NCBI RefSeq assembly: GCF_006345805.1
Contig: NW_021833552.1
Location: 1 to 28,365 of the forward strand
DNA from: Octopus sinensis
Lineage: Eukaryota
Reading direction: 5' to 3'
DNA: 28,365 bases
Notes under the pieces: generated by a model
The model's input: the letters and a program-made list of their open reading frames with translations, nothing else
Database searches by the model: none
Told to the model about the DNA's origin: nothing
In this document: piece by piece, positions 8,749 through 18,786 of the stretch
Position numbering within the stretch: the first letter of the stretch is position 1
Layout: each line of letters starts with the position of its first letter
Made by a program: the position numbers and the translations under genes

Positions 8749-10697
8749 TCTGTTTGACTGACCAGGCAGTTCCCGTTGGGCTTCCCAAGAGGAAGAAACA
8801 CAAGCCCTGGGTGACGAAGAAGGTTAAACGAGAACGTCGACTCAGAGATATTGCTTGGGCTGAATTCAAAAATCTGGATTCGACTGCAGCTTTTGAGGTG
8901 TACAAAACTCAACGAGACCGAGCCGTGAAAATTGAAAAGAAAGAACGCTTCAGTTATGAATACAAAATCGCGGCAAATGCCAGTAGCAATCCAAAAACCT
9001 TCTTTGCCCATGTCCAGCGGAATTCCCGCTTGAACAACCAGATTGCAACGTTGGTAGACTCAACAGGCGTATCGATTGAGGACCCTTATCAACAGAGTCA
9101 ATTATTTGCCGAGGCTTTTTCAACTATTTTCAAACAAGATGATGGTCGTGAACCCCCTCCATTTGATAGATCGGTACCTCCAATGCTTCGATTGGTCATC
9201 ACGCGGGACGAAGTCAAACGTGTTATTCAAGGCCTCGATGTCAACAAGGGTCACGGCCCGGACGGCATACACCCTCGGGTTATCAAAGCGTTGGCTCCGG
9301 TCATCTGCGAGCCCTTAACACGACTATTCAATATGTCATTGGCGACGAGTGTTATACCTGCAGACTGGAGAACAGCGATAATCTGCCCAATTTTCAAGAA
9401 AGGGAGCCGCGAAGACCCGCTTAACTACCGACCGGTTTCCCTTACATCAATAATCAGCAAGATGTTCGAAACCATCCTTAAGAAAAGTATGATGCTCCAC
9501 CTCCTAAACACAGCCTCGATCACTGATTCCCAACACGGCTTCGTGCCGAAGAGATCATGCTTGACCAACTTACTAGTAATGGAAGAATTGGTGACGCGCA
9601 TCCTCGATGATAGTGATGCTGTTGACATCGTTTTATTGGACTTTGCCAAAGCTTTTGACTCGGTAAACCACCGCCTACTACTTGTCAAGCTTCAAGCATA
9701 TAGTTTCCATCCGGATATTGTACGATGGGTTGGTGCCTTCCTCTCAGATCGCTCCTTCCAAGTTCAAGTTAATGGTTCGCGGTCCGACGTCTCCAGTGCG
9801 AGCAGTGGCGTGCCTCAAGGTTCAGTGCTTGGGCCCTTGTTGTTCTTAGTCTTCATAAATGACTTGCCCGACGACCTCACGCAACACACCCTTCTATTTG
9901 CCGACGATATCAAACTGGTCGCTCCTCGCGGTAGTATAGAGGATCTTCGTCGATGCCTCCACCAAATTTGGAAGTGGTCTAACGATTGGGACCTGTGTCT
10001 GAACGTGTCAAAGTGCTGTCATCTGCCTGTCGGCTCTACTCCTGCAACTCAACTTGATTTCGAGCCGGGTCGTCTGCTGCTGGAGAGGACCGATCAGGTA
10101 AAGGACCTGGGTATCTTGGTGGATTCTTCCTTTTCGCCTTCGGCCCAGTGCGTTCATGCTGCCAACAAAGCGCGCGGAATTCTGTTTTTGATTCGACGGT
10201 CATTCGGAATGCTCACAGCAGCCATATTCCTACCACTCTATGTCACGCTGGTGAGACCCATATTGGAGTATGGGATTCAAGCCTCTTCTCCTTATCTCCT
10301 CAAAGACATACAGCATCTCGAAAGAGTCCAGAGGCTGGCTACCCGCATGGTTCATGGTCTCAAAAATTTGTCCTACGAAGAAAGGCTGAGGACGCTCGAC
10401 CTTTATTCTCTTGAAAAACGCCGCCGCCGTGGTGATCTCATTCTCGCCCACAACATCATAAGCGGGAAGTGTAACCTCTCGAAAGAGCTGTTCTTCACTC
10501 CTGCTCCAGAGCGTCGGCTGCGGGGTCATTCCGAAAAGCTCTACCTGCGACGATTTCATCTCAATCGAAGGAGAGGGGCTTTCCCCGTCCGGGTTGCAGA
10601 TCCGTGGAACAAGCTGCCAGACGAGATGGTGAAGATGCCGACGACCGCTTTGTTCAAAGCCTCCCTGGACCTCAAGTGGCCTGAACTCTTTACATGA
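8724..10697 (+). CDS. LINE ORF2 part 2: reverse transcriptase and CR1-type C-terminus
   Basis: Motifs KGHGPDGIHP, NYRPVSLTS, QHGFVPKRSCLTNL, DFAKAFDSV, GVPQGSVLGPLLFLVFINDL, LFADD, KDLGILVD, VRPILEY, LERVQRLATR, SYEERL..LDLYSLEKRRRRGDLI, WNKLP. Uninterrupted for 657 codons. Confidence 0.95.
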   Translation: MVILKAYVICLTDQAVPVGLPKRKKHKPWVTKKVKRERRLRDIAWAEFKNLDSTAAFEVYKTQRDRAVKIEKKERFSYEYKIAANASSNPKTFFAHVQRNSRLNNQIATLVDSTGVSIEDPYQQSQLFAEAFSTIFKQDDGREPPPFDRSVPPMLRLVITRDEVKRVIQGLDVNKGHGPDGIHPRVIKALAPVICEPLTRLFNMSLATSVIPADWRTAIICPIFKKGSREDPLNYRPVSLTSIISKMFETILKKSMMLHLLNTASITDSQHGFVPKRSCLTNLLVMEELVTRILDDSDAVDIVLLDFAKAFDSVNHRLLLVKLQAYSFHPDIVRWVGAFLSDRSFQVQVNGSRSDVSSASSGVPQGSVLGPLLFLVFINDLPDDLTQHTLLFADDIKLVAPRGSIEDLRRCLHQIWKWSNDWDLCLNVSKCCHLPVGSTPATQLDFEPGRLLLERTDQVKDLGILVDSSFSPSAQCVHAANKARGILFLIRRSFGMLTAAIFLPLYVTLVRPILEYGIQASSPYLLKDIQHLERVQRLATRMVHGLKNLSYEERLRTLDLYSLEKRRRRGDLILAHNIISGKCNLSKELFFTPAPERRLRGHSEKLYLRRFHLNRRRGAFPVRVADPWNKLPDEMVKMPTTALFKASLDLKWPELFT

Positions 10698-10717
10698 ACA
10701 CCACCCTGTACTTAACT

Positions 10718-10735
10718 CCATGTCCCCCTACATGG
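10718..10735 (+). other. LINE 3' UTR stem-loop
   Basis: CCATGT-CCCCCT-ACATGG, perfect 6-bp stem, 26 nt upstream of the (TAAC)6 tail. Confidence 0.6.
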
Positions 10736-10794
10736 CCTTGCTATTTGCTTTTGAGCCAAATTAACTAACTAACTAACTAACTAACATATAATAT

Positions 10795-10827
<33 letters not shown>

Positions 10828-11019
10828 TATATATAATATATACATTACATACATAATTATACACACCACACACACACGCACACCCACCCACGCACACACA
10901 CACACAAACATATATATATATATAATATTATGCATTTTAGTATTCTATAAATATATATATATATGTGTATGTGTGTGGACACATACACACACAAACATAT
11001 ATACATATAAAATACTAAA

Positions 11020-11173
11020 ACGAAGTTTCCGTCTACAAATTTAACCCACAAGGCATTGGTCGACCCCGGACTATAGTAGAAGACAATTTGCACAAGGTTC
11101 TTTGCAGTAGGACTGATCCCGAAACTCATGGCTGCAAAGTGCGCTCCTTAACCACACGTCCATGCTTGCACCC
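11020..11173 (-). mobile_element. Degenerate CORE-like SINE head
   Basis: Reverse complement resembles the 1955 and 15456 heads (gtgtggttaagg...cagtcctactgc...tgtcttctactatagt...gaccaatgccttgtg...gtagacggaaac). Confidence 0.65.
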
Positions 11174-11489
11174 ATAAGCAAGATTTAAATCACGAGTCTT
11201 GTCTTCGTAGCCAGCGTAAAACACAGCGTTCGAAACAGTGTTATCCTTTATTTAAGTCTTATCACACATTAATTAATCACTTTCTGTCCACCACAAACAG
11301 CTAAATATTACCTTACGCTTATTTATAGTACATGCAAACTCTGACAGACTTAAATTTGCGGGTCTAATTTGCATAACAGCGCAAGCATTGATTCTAGCGA
11401 TGAATAAATTGATAAAGACATCATAGAGCGGTTTGGGGGTGAATAGGAGTGTAAGTTATACCCTAACGAGGGTGGGTTGTTAGTAAACA

Positions 11490-12724
11490 CACTATGTCGC
11501 ATCGCTGTGAAATGTACTACCGCCCCGGCTGGTTTTGTCTAAAATACCACGTCTATAAAACCTACACACCAACACCACCACCACCACCAATATCATGGTG
11601 GACCTATCACTAGCAGCATCAGCAGCAGCAGCTGAAGCACAAGCAGCGCCACCATCGGTTAAAATCGCCGATACCATTTATATCCGTCCTTTCGCAACGT
11701 GAGACAAGCAGATATTGTTGTCAATATTAAAACAGCTGCTGCCAGCATCCAGCACCACATCGTCACCGCCACTACATTCCACCACAACACACCGCCACCA
11801 CCATCGCCGCCGCCACCTACTCCACCGCCTCTTTAACAAATGCTGTTGTTATTACACTATCACCGCAGCTGTAAACTACCGGCTAAGTTAGTCAATATCA
11901 CCACACCATTATACATATATATAACCATCATACTACCTCCACAACACTACCAAATCACCACCACCACCATCATCATCACAACGACCAACACTATATCAAT
12001 AACAAAGCAGCTGTATACTATCACTGAAACTTCACACCACCACCACAAACACCACCACCGCTATGGTACTGCTAGCGCCGCCACTACGCCAGCAACAACG
12101 TTACAACACGGCCTATACTACAGTTGTACACTACCACCGAAACTATTCGCTGTCACCTCACCACTACATACTACCACCGCGTCAGTGCTGTAACATTAAT
12201 ACGCAACCACCACCACCACCACCACCGCTGCTAGTGTAACACGGCAGCTGTATGTGATTACTATGTACCCAACCCCTCATAGTACCACCACAACCACTAC
12301 CTTCATCGTTGCCACTACCGCCACCACCGCCACCACCAACACCACCACTATCACTACCACCATCATCAACATCATCACCACCATCGCAACTACTACCACC
12401 GCCACTTCCACCAACATCATCACCGCCACCCCCAGCTCTCCACCCCCTTATCTCTCGTCCAGCTGGTCCAAGCTGTCAACATTCTCAACAATAAGATTGA
12501 ATCAATTGACAAGAGGGGGAGGGGGAGGGAGGGAAGGAGAGAGAAACTGAAGATGGAGAAGTGAAAGAGGTGGAGGAGAGATGGAGAGGAAAGATGAAAG
12601 AGAAGAACAGAGAAGAAATAGGGAGAGAGAGAGGAGGACGAAAGGGACACATAGGCAGACATAAGGAGAAAGGGAGAGAGAGGAAGAGAAAAGAAACAGA
12701 GAGAGAGAGGGAGAGACACGCATG

Positions 12725-12797
<73 letters not shown>

Positions 12798-13330
12798 AGA
12801 GAGAGAGAAAGAAATGATTGGAGAAAAGACATAGAGAGAGAGAGGCAGAGAAATTGAGAGAGGGAGAGCATTGTAGTAGTAGTAGTAGTAGTAGTAGTAT
12901 AGTAGTAGTAGTAGTTGTTGTTGTTGTTGTTGTTGGTAGTGGTGGTGGTGATGGTAGTGGTGGTGGTGGTGGTAGTGGTGAGATCAAATATCGATCTGGT
13001 TTCAGACAGATTGATGTAAACAGATGAGAGGTTAGCCCTGGTGGCGGCGGCGGCGTTGATGTGCTTTAGTGGCGACGGTGGTTTGGAGTAAAGCAATGGA
13101 GTGGTCATGTACAGTGTGGCGACGGTGGTGGTGGTGGTGGTGGTGGTGGTGGTGAAGACGCTTGGTCAAGATGATGAAGATGGTGATGACGATGATGATG
13201 GTGCTGCTGATGTTGATGATGATGGTGGTAGTGGTGGCGTTGAATGTGTTGGTAGTAGTACCAGCTTCTGCGTACAAAGTGGTGGCAGTGTTGACGGTTT
13301 GGGTGGTAGTGTGTTTAAATGGAAACAAAC
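11490..13330. repeat. Degenerate (ACC)-rich block, GA/TA microsatellites, then (GGT/GAT)-rich block
   Basis: Direct reading. Confidence 0.8.
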
Positions 13331-13544
13331 AAACGGTGCTGGTTTCAAATCCTACGAAAGACTTGCTAGTCTCCCGAAGGTCACACGTCATGCTGAAAAT
13401 AGCAACCGAATCTCCTGCAATCACATCCTACTACATCCGAAAGGAGGGAGAGACTTTTAATACGGTGGTTGACCAAGAGACAAGAAATAGTAGTCAAATA
13501 CTCCTCAACTATCACACAGTTTATTTAGTTACTTGCAAAAAAGA

Positions 13545-13960
13545 AAGGACACATTGGATAATGTGGTCCTAGATACACTATGCCTGAATAAAGGACAGGA
13601 TGGTCACACCTGGAACATCTTTGATCATTGTTCAGTCTGGTTCAGAACTGACCTGGGGCTAAACAACAACAGCAACAACGACAACAAGGAAAGATACATT
13701 AGATAATGTAGTCTTAGGTACACTATGTCTGAATAAAAAACAAGATGGTCATAGTTGGAACATCTTTGATCATAGGTCTGCCGGATCAGGACTGACCTGG
13801 GGTTAAGCAATAATGACAAGGAAGGACACATTAGATAATGTAGTCCTAGATACACTACGTGTGAATAAAAGAGAGGATGGTCACAGCTGGAAAATCTTAG
13901 ATCATAGGTGTGTCTGGATCAGGGTTGACCTGGGGCTAAACAACAAGGAAGGACACATTA

Positions 13961-13962
<2 letters not shown>
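13545..13962 (+). repeat. Three head-to-tail ~130-bp units (starts 13545, 13691, 13822) plus start of a fourth (13949); probably a retroposon 3' module
   Basis: Each unit reads aaggacacattagataatgtagtcctagatacact...tttgatcat...gacctggggctaaacaac. A solo copy is at 23538-23670. Confidence 0.85.
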
Positions 13963-14020
<58 letters not shown>

Positions 14021-14029
14021 ATATATCAC

Positions 14030-14201
14030 ACATACATATACACCACTCTTCTCTTTCTTACACAGTTCATACACACCGCATGCATTACCACGCACATTTC
14101 ATACAAATATCTGACGCATACAATCCACAAACTCACCTCATACACATTACATACACACATATTTCACATACCCATCCTACACGTACATCACACAACCCTT
14201 C

Positions 14202-14236
<35 letters not shown>

Positions 14237-14708
14237 GCGCGCGCGCACAAAAGTCAGATACACATACCACCGCACAAATTTCACACAAAAATCCTACGCA
14301 TATATCACACAGAAATATTTCTTCACATTCATATCATATGCACATCACACACACACACACCACACACACACACACACACAACACACACACACACATTACA
14401 TATTTCGCCCTCACATTTCACATAAACATTCAACACAAACCACACAGGAATATCTCCTCCCACATCGCACATATCGCCGCACACATTTCACACAAAGATC
14501 TTACACATATACCACGTAGAAATATCTCTTCACATTCATATCATACACACATCATACACAGACACACATTTCATGTAAACGTTCGACACAATTTCCCACA
14601 TTTCACACAAACATCATGCACATACATCACTTCTGACGCACACATCACATGCACATACGAAACAAACACATTTTTCATACACATATAACATGTACATCGC
14701 ACAGAGAT

Positions 14709-14767
<59 letters not shown>

Positions 14768-14990
14768 TACACAAATCACGCACACATCGCATAAATCAAT
14801 GCACATATTTCACATATACATTATACATTACACATATGGCACAGAAATCTCTTTTTACCCAAAACACACAGTCATCACGCGTACATATCACACACATACA
14901 AACGCACACACACACATATATATATACATACATATTTCTCTACCCGCCTCTCTCTCTCTCTCTCTCTCACTCTCACTTACACTCACACAC
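14030..14990. repeat. CA-rich degenerate repeat block with a 207-bp-period duplication
   Basis: tcacacaaa(a/g)atc(c/t)tac..atat...agaaatat(t/c)tcttcacattcatatcata at 14281 and 14488. Confidence 0.7.
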
Positions 14991-15082
14991 ATCCTTCCTA
15001 CTTTTAAACTTTCGATTTTAAAGAAAATAGATGTAAACAAACCGGAATATGGCATAAACATTATTAATCGATAGTAAAATCA

Positions 15083-15120
<38 letters not shown>

Positions 15121-15137
15121 TAATAATAATAATGATA

Positions 15138-15171
<34 letters not shown>

Positions 15172-15210
15172 ATAGATATGTATGTATACATGTAGGTATA
15201 GATACATACT

Positions 15211-15406
15211 AAGGTGGCGAGCTGGCAGAATCGTTAGCACGCCGGGCGAAATGCTTAGCGATATTTCGTCTGCCGTTACGTTGTGAGTTCAAATTCCTCC
15301 GAGGTCGACTTTGCCTTTCATCGTTTCGGGGTCGATAAATTAAGTACCAGTTACGCACTGGGGTCGATGTAATCGACCTATGTCTGTCCTTGTTTGTCCC
15401 CTCTGT

Positions 15407-15407
<1 letters not shown>
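15211..15407 (+). mobile_element. tRNA-derived SINE with Nin/Deu-like central domain
   Basis: Head ggcgagctggcagaatcgttagcacgccggg...gtgagttcaaattcc. Core gcctttcatcgtttcggggtcgataaattaagtaccag resembles the Deu/Nin domain as I recall it. gatacatac on both sides is a possible TSD. Confidence 0.8.
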
Positions 15408-15455
<48 letters not shown>

Positions 15456-15458
<3 letters not shown>

Positions 15459-15850
15459 CGCAGGGGTGGTTGTGTGGTAAGTAGATTACTCACCAGGTTC
15501 ATTCCCACTGCATGACACCTTGTTCAAGTGTCTTCTACTACAGCCTCAGGCCGACCAAAGCCTTGTGAGTGGATTTGGTTGACGGAAACTTAATGAAGCC
15601 CGTCATATATATGTATATGTATATATGTGTATGTGTGTTTGTGTGTCTGTGTTTGTCCCCCTCCCAACATCGCTTGACAACCGATGCTGGTGTGTTTATG
15701 TTCCCATAACTTAGTGGTTTTGCAAAAGATACCGATAGAATAAGTACTAGACTTACAAAGAATAAGTCCTGGGGTCGAATTGCTCGACTAAAGGCGGTGC
15801 TCCAGCATGGCCGCAGTCAAATGACTGAAACTAGTAAAAGAGGGTAAAAG
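15456..15850 (+). mobile_element. Complete tripartite CORE-like SINE
   Basis: Head to 15605, TA/TG middle, tail ccaacatcgcttgacaaccgatgctgg...cagtcaaatgactgaaactagtaaaagagggtaaaagag. Inserted in (TA)n. Confidence 0.85.
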
Positions 15851-16037
15851 AGAAGAGAGAGTATATATATGTATATTTGTATGTGTGTGTGTGTGTGTGC
15901 GGTGTATGTGTATATGAGTGTGTGATGTGTACGTGTGATGACTGTTATGCTAAAGAGAGATTTCTGTGTCGTGTGTGTAATGTATGCTGTATATGTGAAA
16001 TATGTTCATTGATTTATGCGATGTGTGCGCGAGTTGT

Positions 16038-16737
16038 GAGACTGAAGGTTTCATATTGGCGGCACAACAAAAACTACCCGACCAACGTTCTTCAAAACGG
16101 TTCTGACCCTAAATGCAGATTATGTGACACATCTGACGAAACCATCTCGTCTCGAGATGTCCTGCGCTGACACCAAACGAATACAACAATCGCCACGATA
16201 AGGTAGGACAGTATTTACATTGGAAAATATGGAAGTATTACAGAATCAGCACACCTGCTTACAGGTATGGACGGACCGGAGTCCCGTCCAGGTGGGGAAC
16301 CTATATGCCAAGGAAACCGGGAAACCGGCCCTATGAGCCAGGCATGGCTTGAGAAGGAACAAACAACAACAACAACTGATTAAAATATATCTGTAAAGGA
16401 ATCTGACAAACTAAGTAAACATAAAGACCTGGAAATTGAAATACAAAAGATGTGGCATCATAAAGCGAGATCTGGTCCTGTTATTGTGTGCGTCCTAGGT
16501 ATGATAAGAAAGGGCTGTCAGAAACATCTAGATAATATTCCAGGAGAACCATGTCTTAGAAAAACCCTATAAATTTAACTGTATGTGTTGTACTACATGA
16601 AGATATTTCGCTGCTATCTCTGCCACTTACCCTCCCCAAGCTTTCAGTCTTACTGTAACATTTCTTATCCTTCACTCGCCCTAGGACGCTGGGTGTGTCT
16701 CGGCGAGTGATTTTAACAAACAGGCGGATAAAAAGTA

Positions 16738-16794
<57 letters not shown>
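16038..16794 (+). mobile_element. 5'-truncated R4/Dong-clade (RLE) LINE 3' end with (AAT)n tail, interrupted at 16261-16376
   Basis: With frameshifts: ETEGFILAAQ..., KCRLCDTSDET..LVSRCPAL..EYNNRHDKVGQYLHWKI (CCHC knuckle region). After the insert: NISVKESDKLSKHKDLEIEIQKMW...PVIVCVLGMI. 9-bp 3' stem tcactcgcc/ggcgagtga (16672-16710). (AAT)19 at 16738-16794. Confidence 0.85.
16261..16376 (+). mobile_element. 3' end of a SINE with Meta/V-like domain and (AAC)n tail
   Basis: cccgtccaggtgggg...ggaaaccgggaaaccggccctatgagccaggcatggcttgagaagg matches the 3' tail of the 27264-27578 SINE. Confidence 0.75.
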
Positions 16795-16795
<1 letters not shown>

Positions 16796-17253
16796 GTATA
16801 AAAGATGGGCTACAGCAAATATTCTGCTCAATACCACAGATTTGCTTGTCAGTTGTTTGACCATAACCAGTTGAGCATGTCCCTTATTGGCTGACGATAT
16901 GTGCATCTCTGATCATGAGCAGAAGTAATGGGGGAGCATCATAGCCATGTGTTGAGAGGGTTTGAATAATTCACCTCTGGAAACATGGGTGTTTTGTTCA
17001 ACATCCTTAAACAACCCTTATTTGGAGACCTTTTGAGCAGGATGGGTTACTCGACCAGACGAAAATTCTAAGTGGGCCCCACCTGCTAGGTCATGTGCTG
17101 TTTATCTTGATATGAGATCACCATGTCGCGCACACATGGTTGTGATGCATGTGCCTGGTTTACCCTTATCAGACAGGTAGTCATGATGGGTATACTGGGC
17201 TTCGAATATTTTACCCCGTTGTCACTTTGATGGCATGCACTGCTCTCTCACTC
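16795..17253 (+). mobile_element. (AAT)n-flanked non-coding element X, copy 1 (5'-truncated)
   Basis: High similarity to 17314-17765 and to the reverse complement of 19794-20348. Lacks the first ~85 bp. Strand inferred from truncation polarity. Confidence 0.85.
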
Positions 17254-17313
<60 letters not shown>

Positions 17314-17314
<1 letters not shown>

Positions 17315-17765
17315 CCCTGATGCAGTACCAGACACTGGCTTTCATGGCTTCTGATCTTAACTGATTGGAAGTGTTATCATGTACATTGTTTTGTCTTGGT
17401 ATAAAAGATGGGCTACAGCAAATATTCTGCTCAATACCACAGATTTGCTTGTCAGTTGTTTGACCTTAACCAGTTGAGCATGTCCCTTAGTGGCTGACGA
17501 TATGTGCATCTCTGATCACGAGCAGAAGTAGTGGGGGAGCATCATAGCCATGTGCTGAGAGGGATTCTTTGGGGTTTGAATAATTCACCTCTGGAAACAA
17601 GGTCATGTGCTGTTTATCTTGATATGAGATCACCATGTCGCGCACAAATGGTTGTGATGCATGTGCCTGGTGTACCCTTATCAGACGGGTAGTCATGATG
17701 GGTATACTGGGCTTCGTATATTTTACCCCAGTGTCACTTTGATGGCATGCTCTTCTCGCTCACTC
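17314..17765 (+). mobile_element. Element X copy 2 (internal ~102-bp deletion at 17599/17600)
   Basis: Starts gccctgatgcagtacc and ends cactc-aataat. Deletion junction ggaaaca|aggtcatg has CA microhomology. Confidence 0.85.
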
Positions 17766-17803
17766 AATAATAATAATGATCGAGGTCATCCAAGAACGTT
17801 ATT

Positions 17804-18450
17804 ATTGATGACCTCAAACTTTATGGTAAAGCAGAATCCCAAGTGAATTCCTTCGTTGATACGGTGTGTACTTTTAGTGCTGATAACAGAATGGAGTTTG
17901 GACTGAAAAAGTGTGGTGTGTAAGTCTTGAAGAGAGGCAAAATCAAATGTAAGGACGGGCTAACGATACTGTCGGGGAAGGTTATGAAGCAGATAGAAGA
18001 GACGGGCTATAAGTACTTGGGGATATTGGAAGTGGATAGATTGATGGAGAAAGAAAGGACAGAAAAATTTAAGGTGGAGTACTTGCGCAGACTGAGACTG
18101 ATCCTTAAGTCGAAATTAAACGGTCGGAATAAGATTGAAGCTTTTAACACCTGGGTGGTTTTACTCCTTAGATATGGAGCAGGGGTAATCACATGAACAG
18201 CAGACGAACTAAACAGGTTAGACAGAAAGACAAGGAAGTTGCTAACTAGATATGGGATACTCTACCCCAAAAGTGACACAGGCAGACTGTATATACCAAG
18301 AAAAAGAAGGGGAAGAGGACTGATTGGATGCGAACACAGTATTAAAGCAGAAGAAAACAACATAGCATGGTATGTAAAAAATGCCACAGAACCACTATTA
18401 TTGGAAGTGAGAAGGTCAGGCTTGTGTAGGATGGAAGATTGCACAGATGT
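17804..18450 (+). pseudogene. R4/Dong-clade reverse transcriptase fragment (one frame, two in-frame stops)
   Basis: IDDLKLY...MEFGLKKC..*..YKYLGILE...EYLRRLRLILKSKLNGRNKIEAFNTW..LRYGAGVIT*..LDRKTRKLL...LYPKSDTGRLYIPRKRRGRGLI. Stops at 17921 and 18194. Confidence 0.9.
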
Positions 18451-18786
18451 TCCTGGCTCCTTAGCTTTCTTCAGTAGGAGATACTGAAGGGAGATAACCC
18501 TGGGCAGGTTCTAAAGCCGCAACGTTAAACAGTCATGAGGAATAAATGAACTTCAGGTTAGTTAAATATATGTTAGCGACATATTTTAACTGCTAAATGC
18601 TAAAAATCCCTACAGTTGCCACGGAGAGAAAATTCTATCTTCTGTCCAGTGCTTTCCTCAAGCAGATTCCCAGACGCATGTTTCTGGCTCTTTCGCCTTT
18701 TTCAATGGAAAGGACCGGAGACAAACCCGGACGGATTCCAAGATTGTAGATTTGTCTTAGAACTGTCAATGTCCTTGACTGAGTTT

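Larger units (their letters stand above)
6131..10785 (+). mobile_element. Near-full-length CR1-clade LINE (5' boundary uncertain, about 6130-6170)
   Basis: ORF1 plus APE-RT ORF2, short 3' UTR with stem-loop, (TAAC)6 tail at 10762-10785. No convincing TSD. Confidence 0.9.

Noticed and set aside
13545-13962. CRISPR-like array
   Set aside because: Units are ~130 bp, contiguous, without unique spacers, in a eukaryotic context.
13813-15074. 291-aa and 141-aa His/Thr/Ile-rich ORFs
   Set aside because: They span a repeat unit, (ATA)n and CA-rich low complexity; no domain-like sequence.
16796-16803. TATAAAA as a promoter TATA box
   Set aside because: Internal to multicopy element X; no downstream gene evidence.
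17314-17530. HDV-like ribozyme at the 5' end of element X, or hammerhead at its CTGACGA
   Set aside because: No P1 partner for gccctga nearby; no stem II plus GAAA after CTGACGA.
16038-18450. A single R4/Dong element
   Set aside because: Domain order is reversed (RLE end upstream of RT) and the first fragment has its own 3' tail.
18560-18591. 13-14-bp AT-rich hairpin (agttaaatatatgt / acatattttaact)
   Set aside because: AT-rich, one bulge, isolated; no supporting context.
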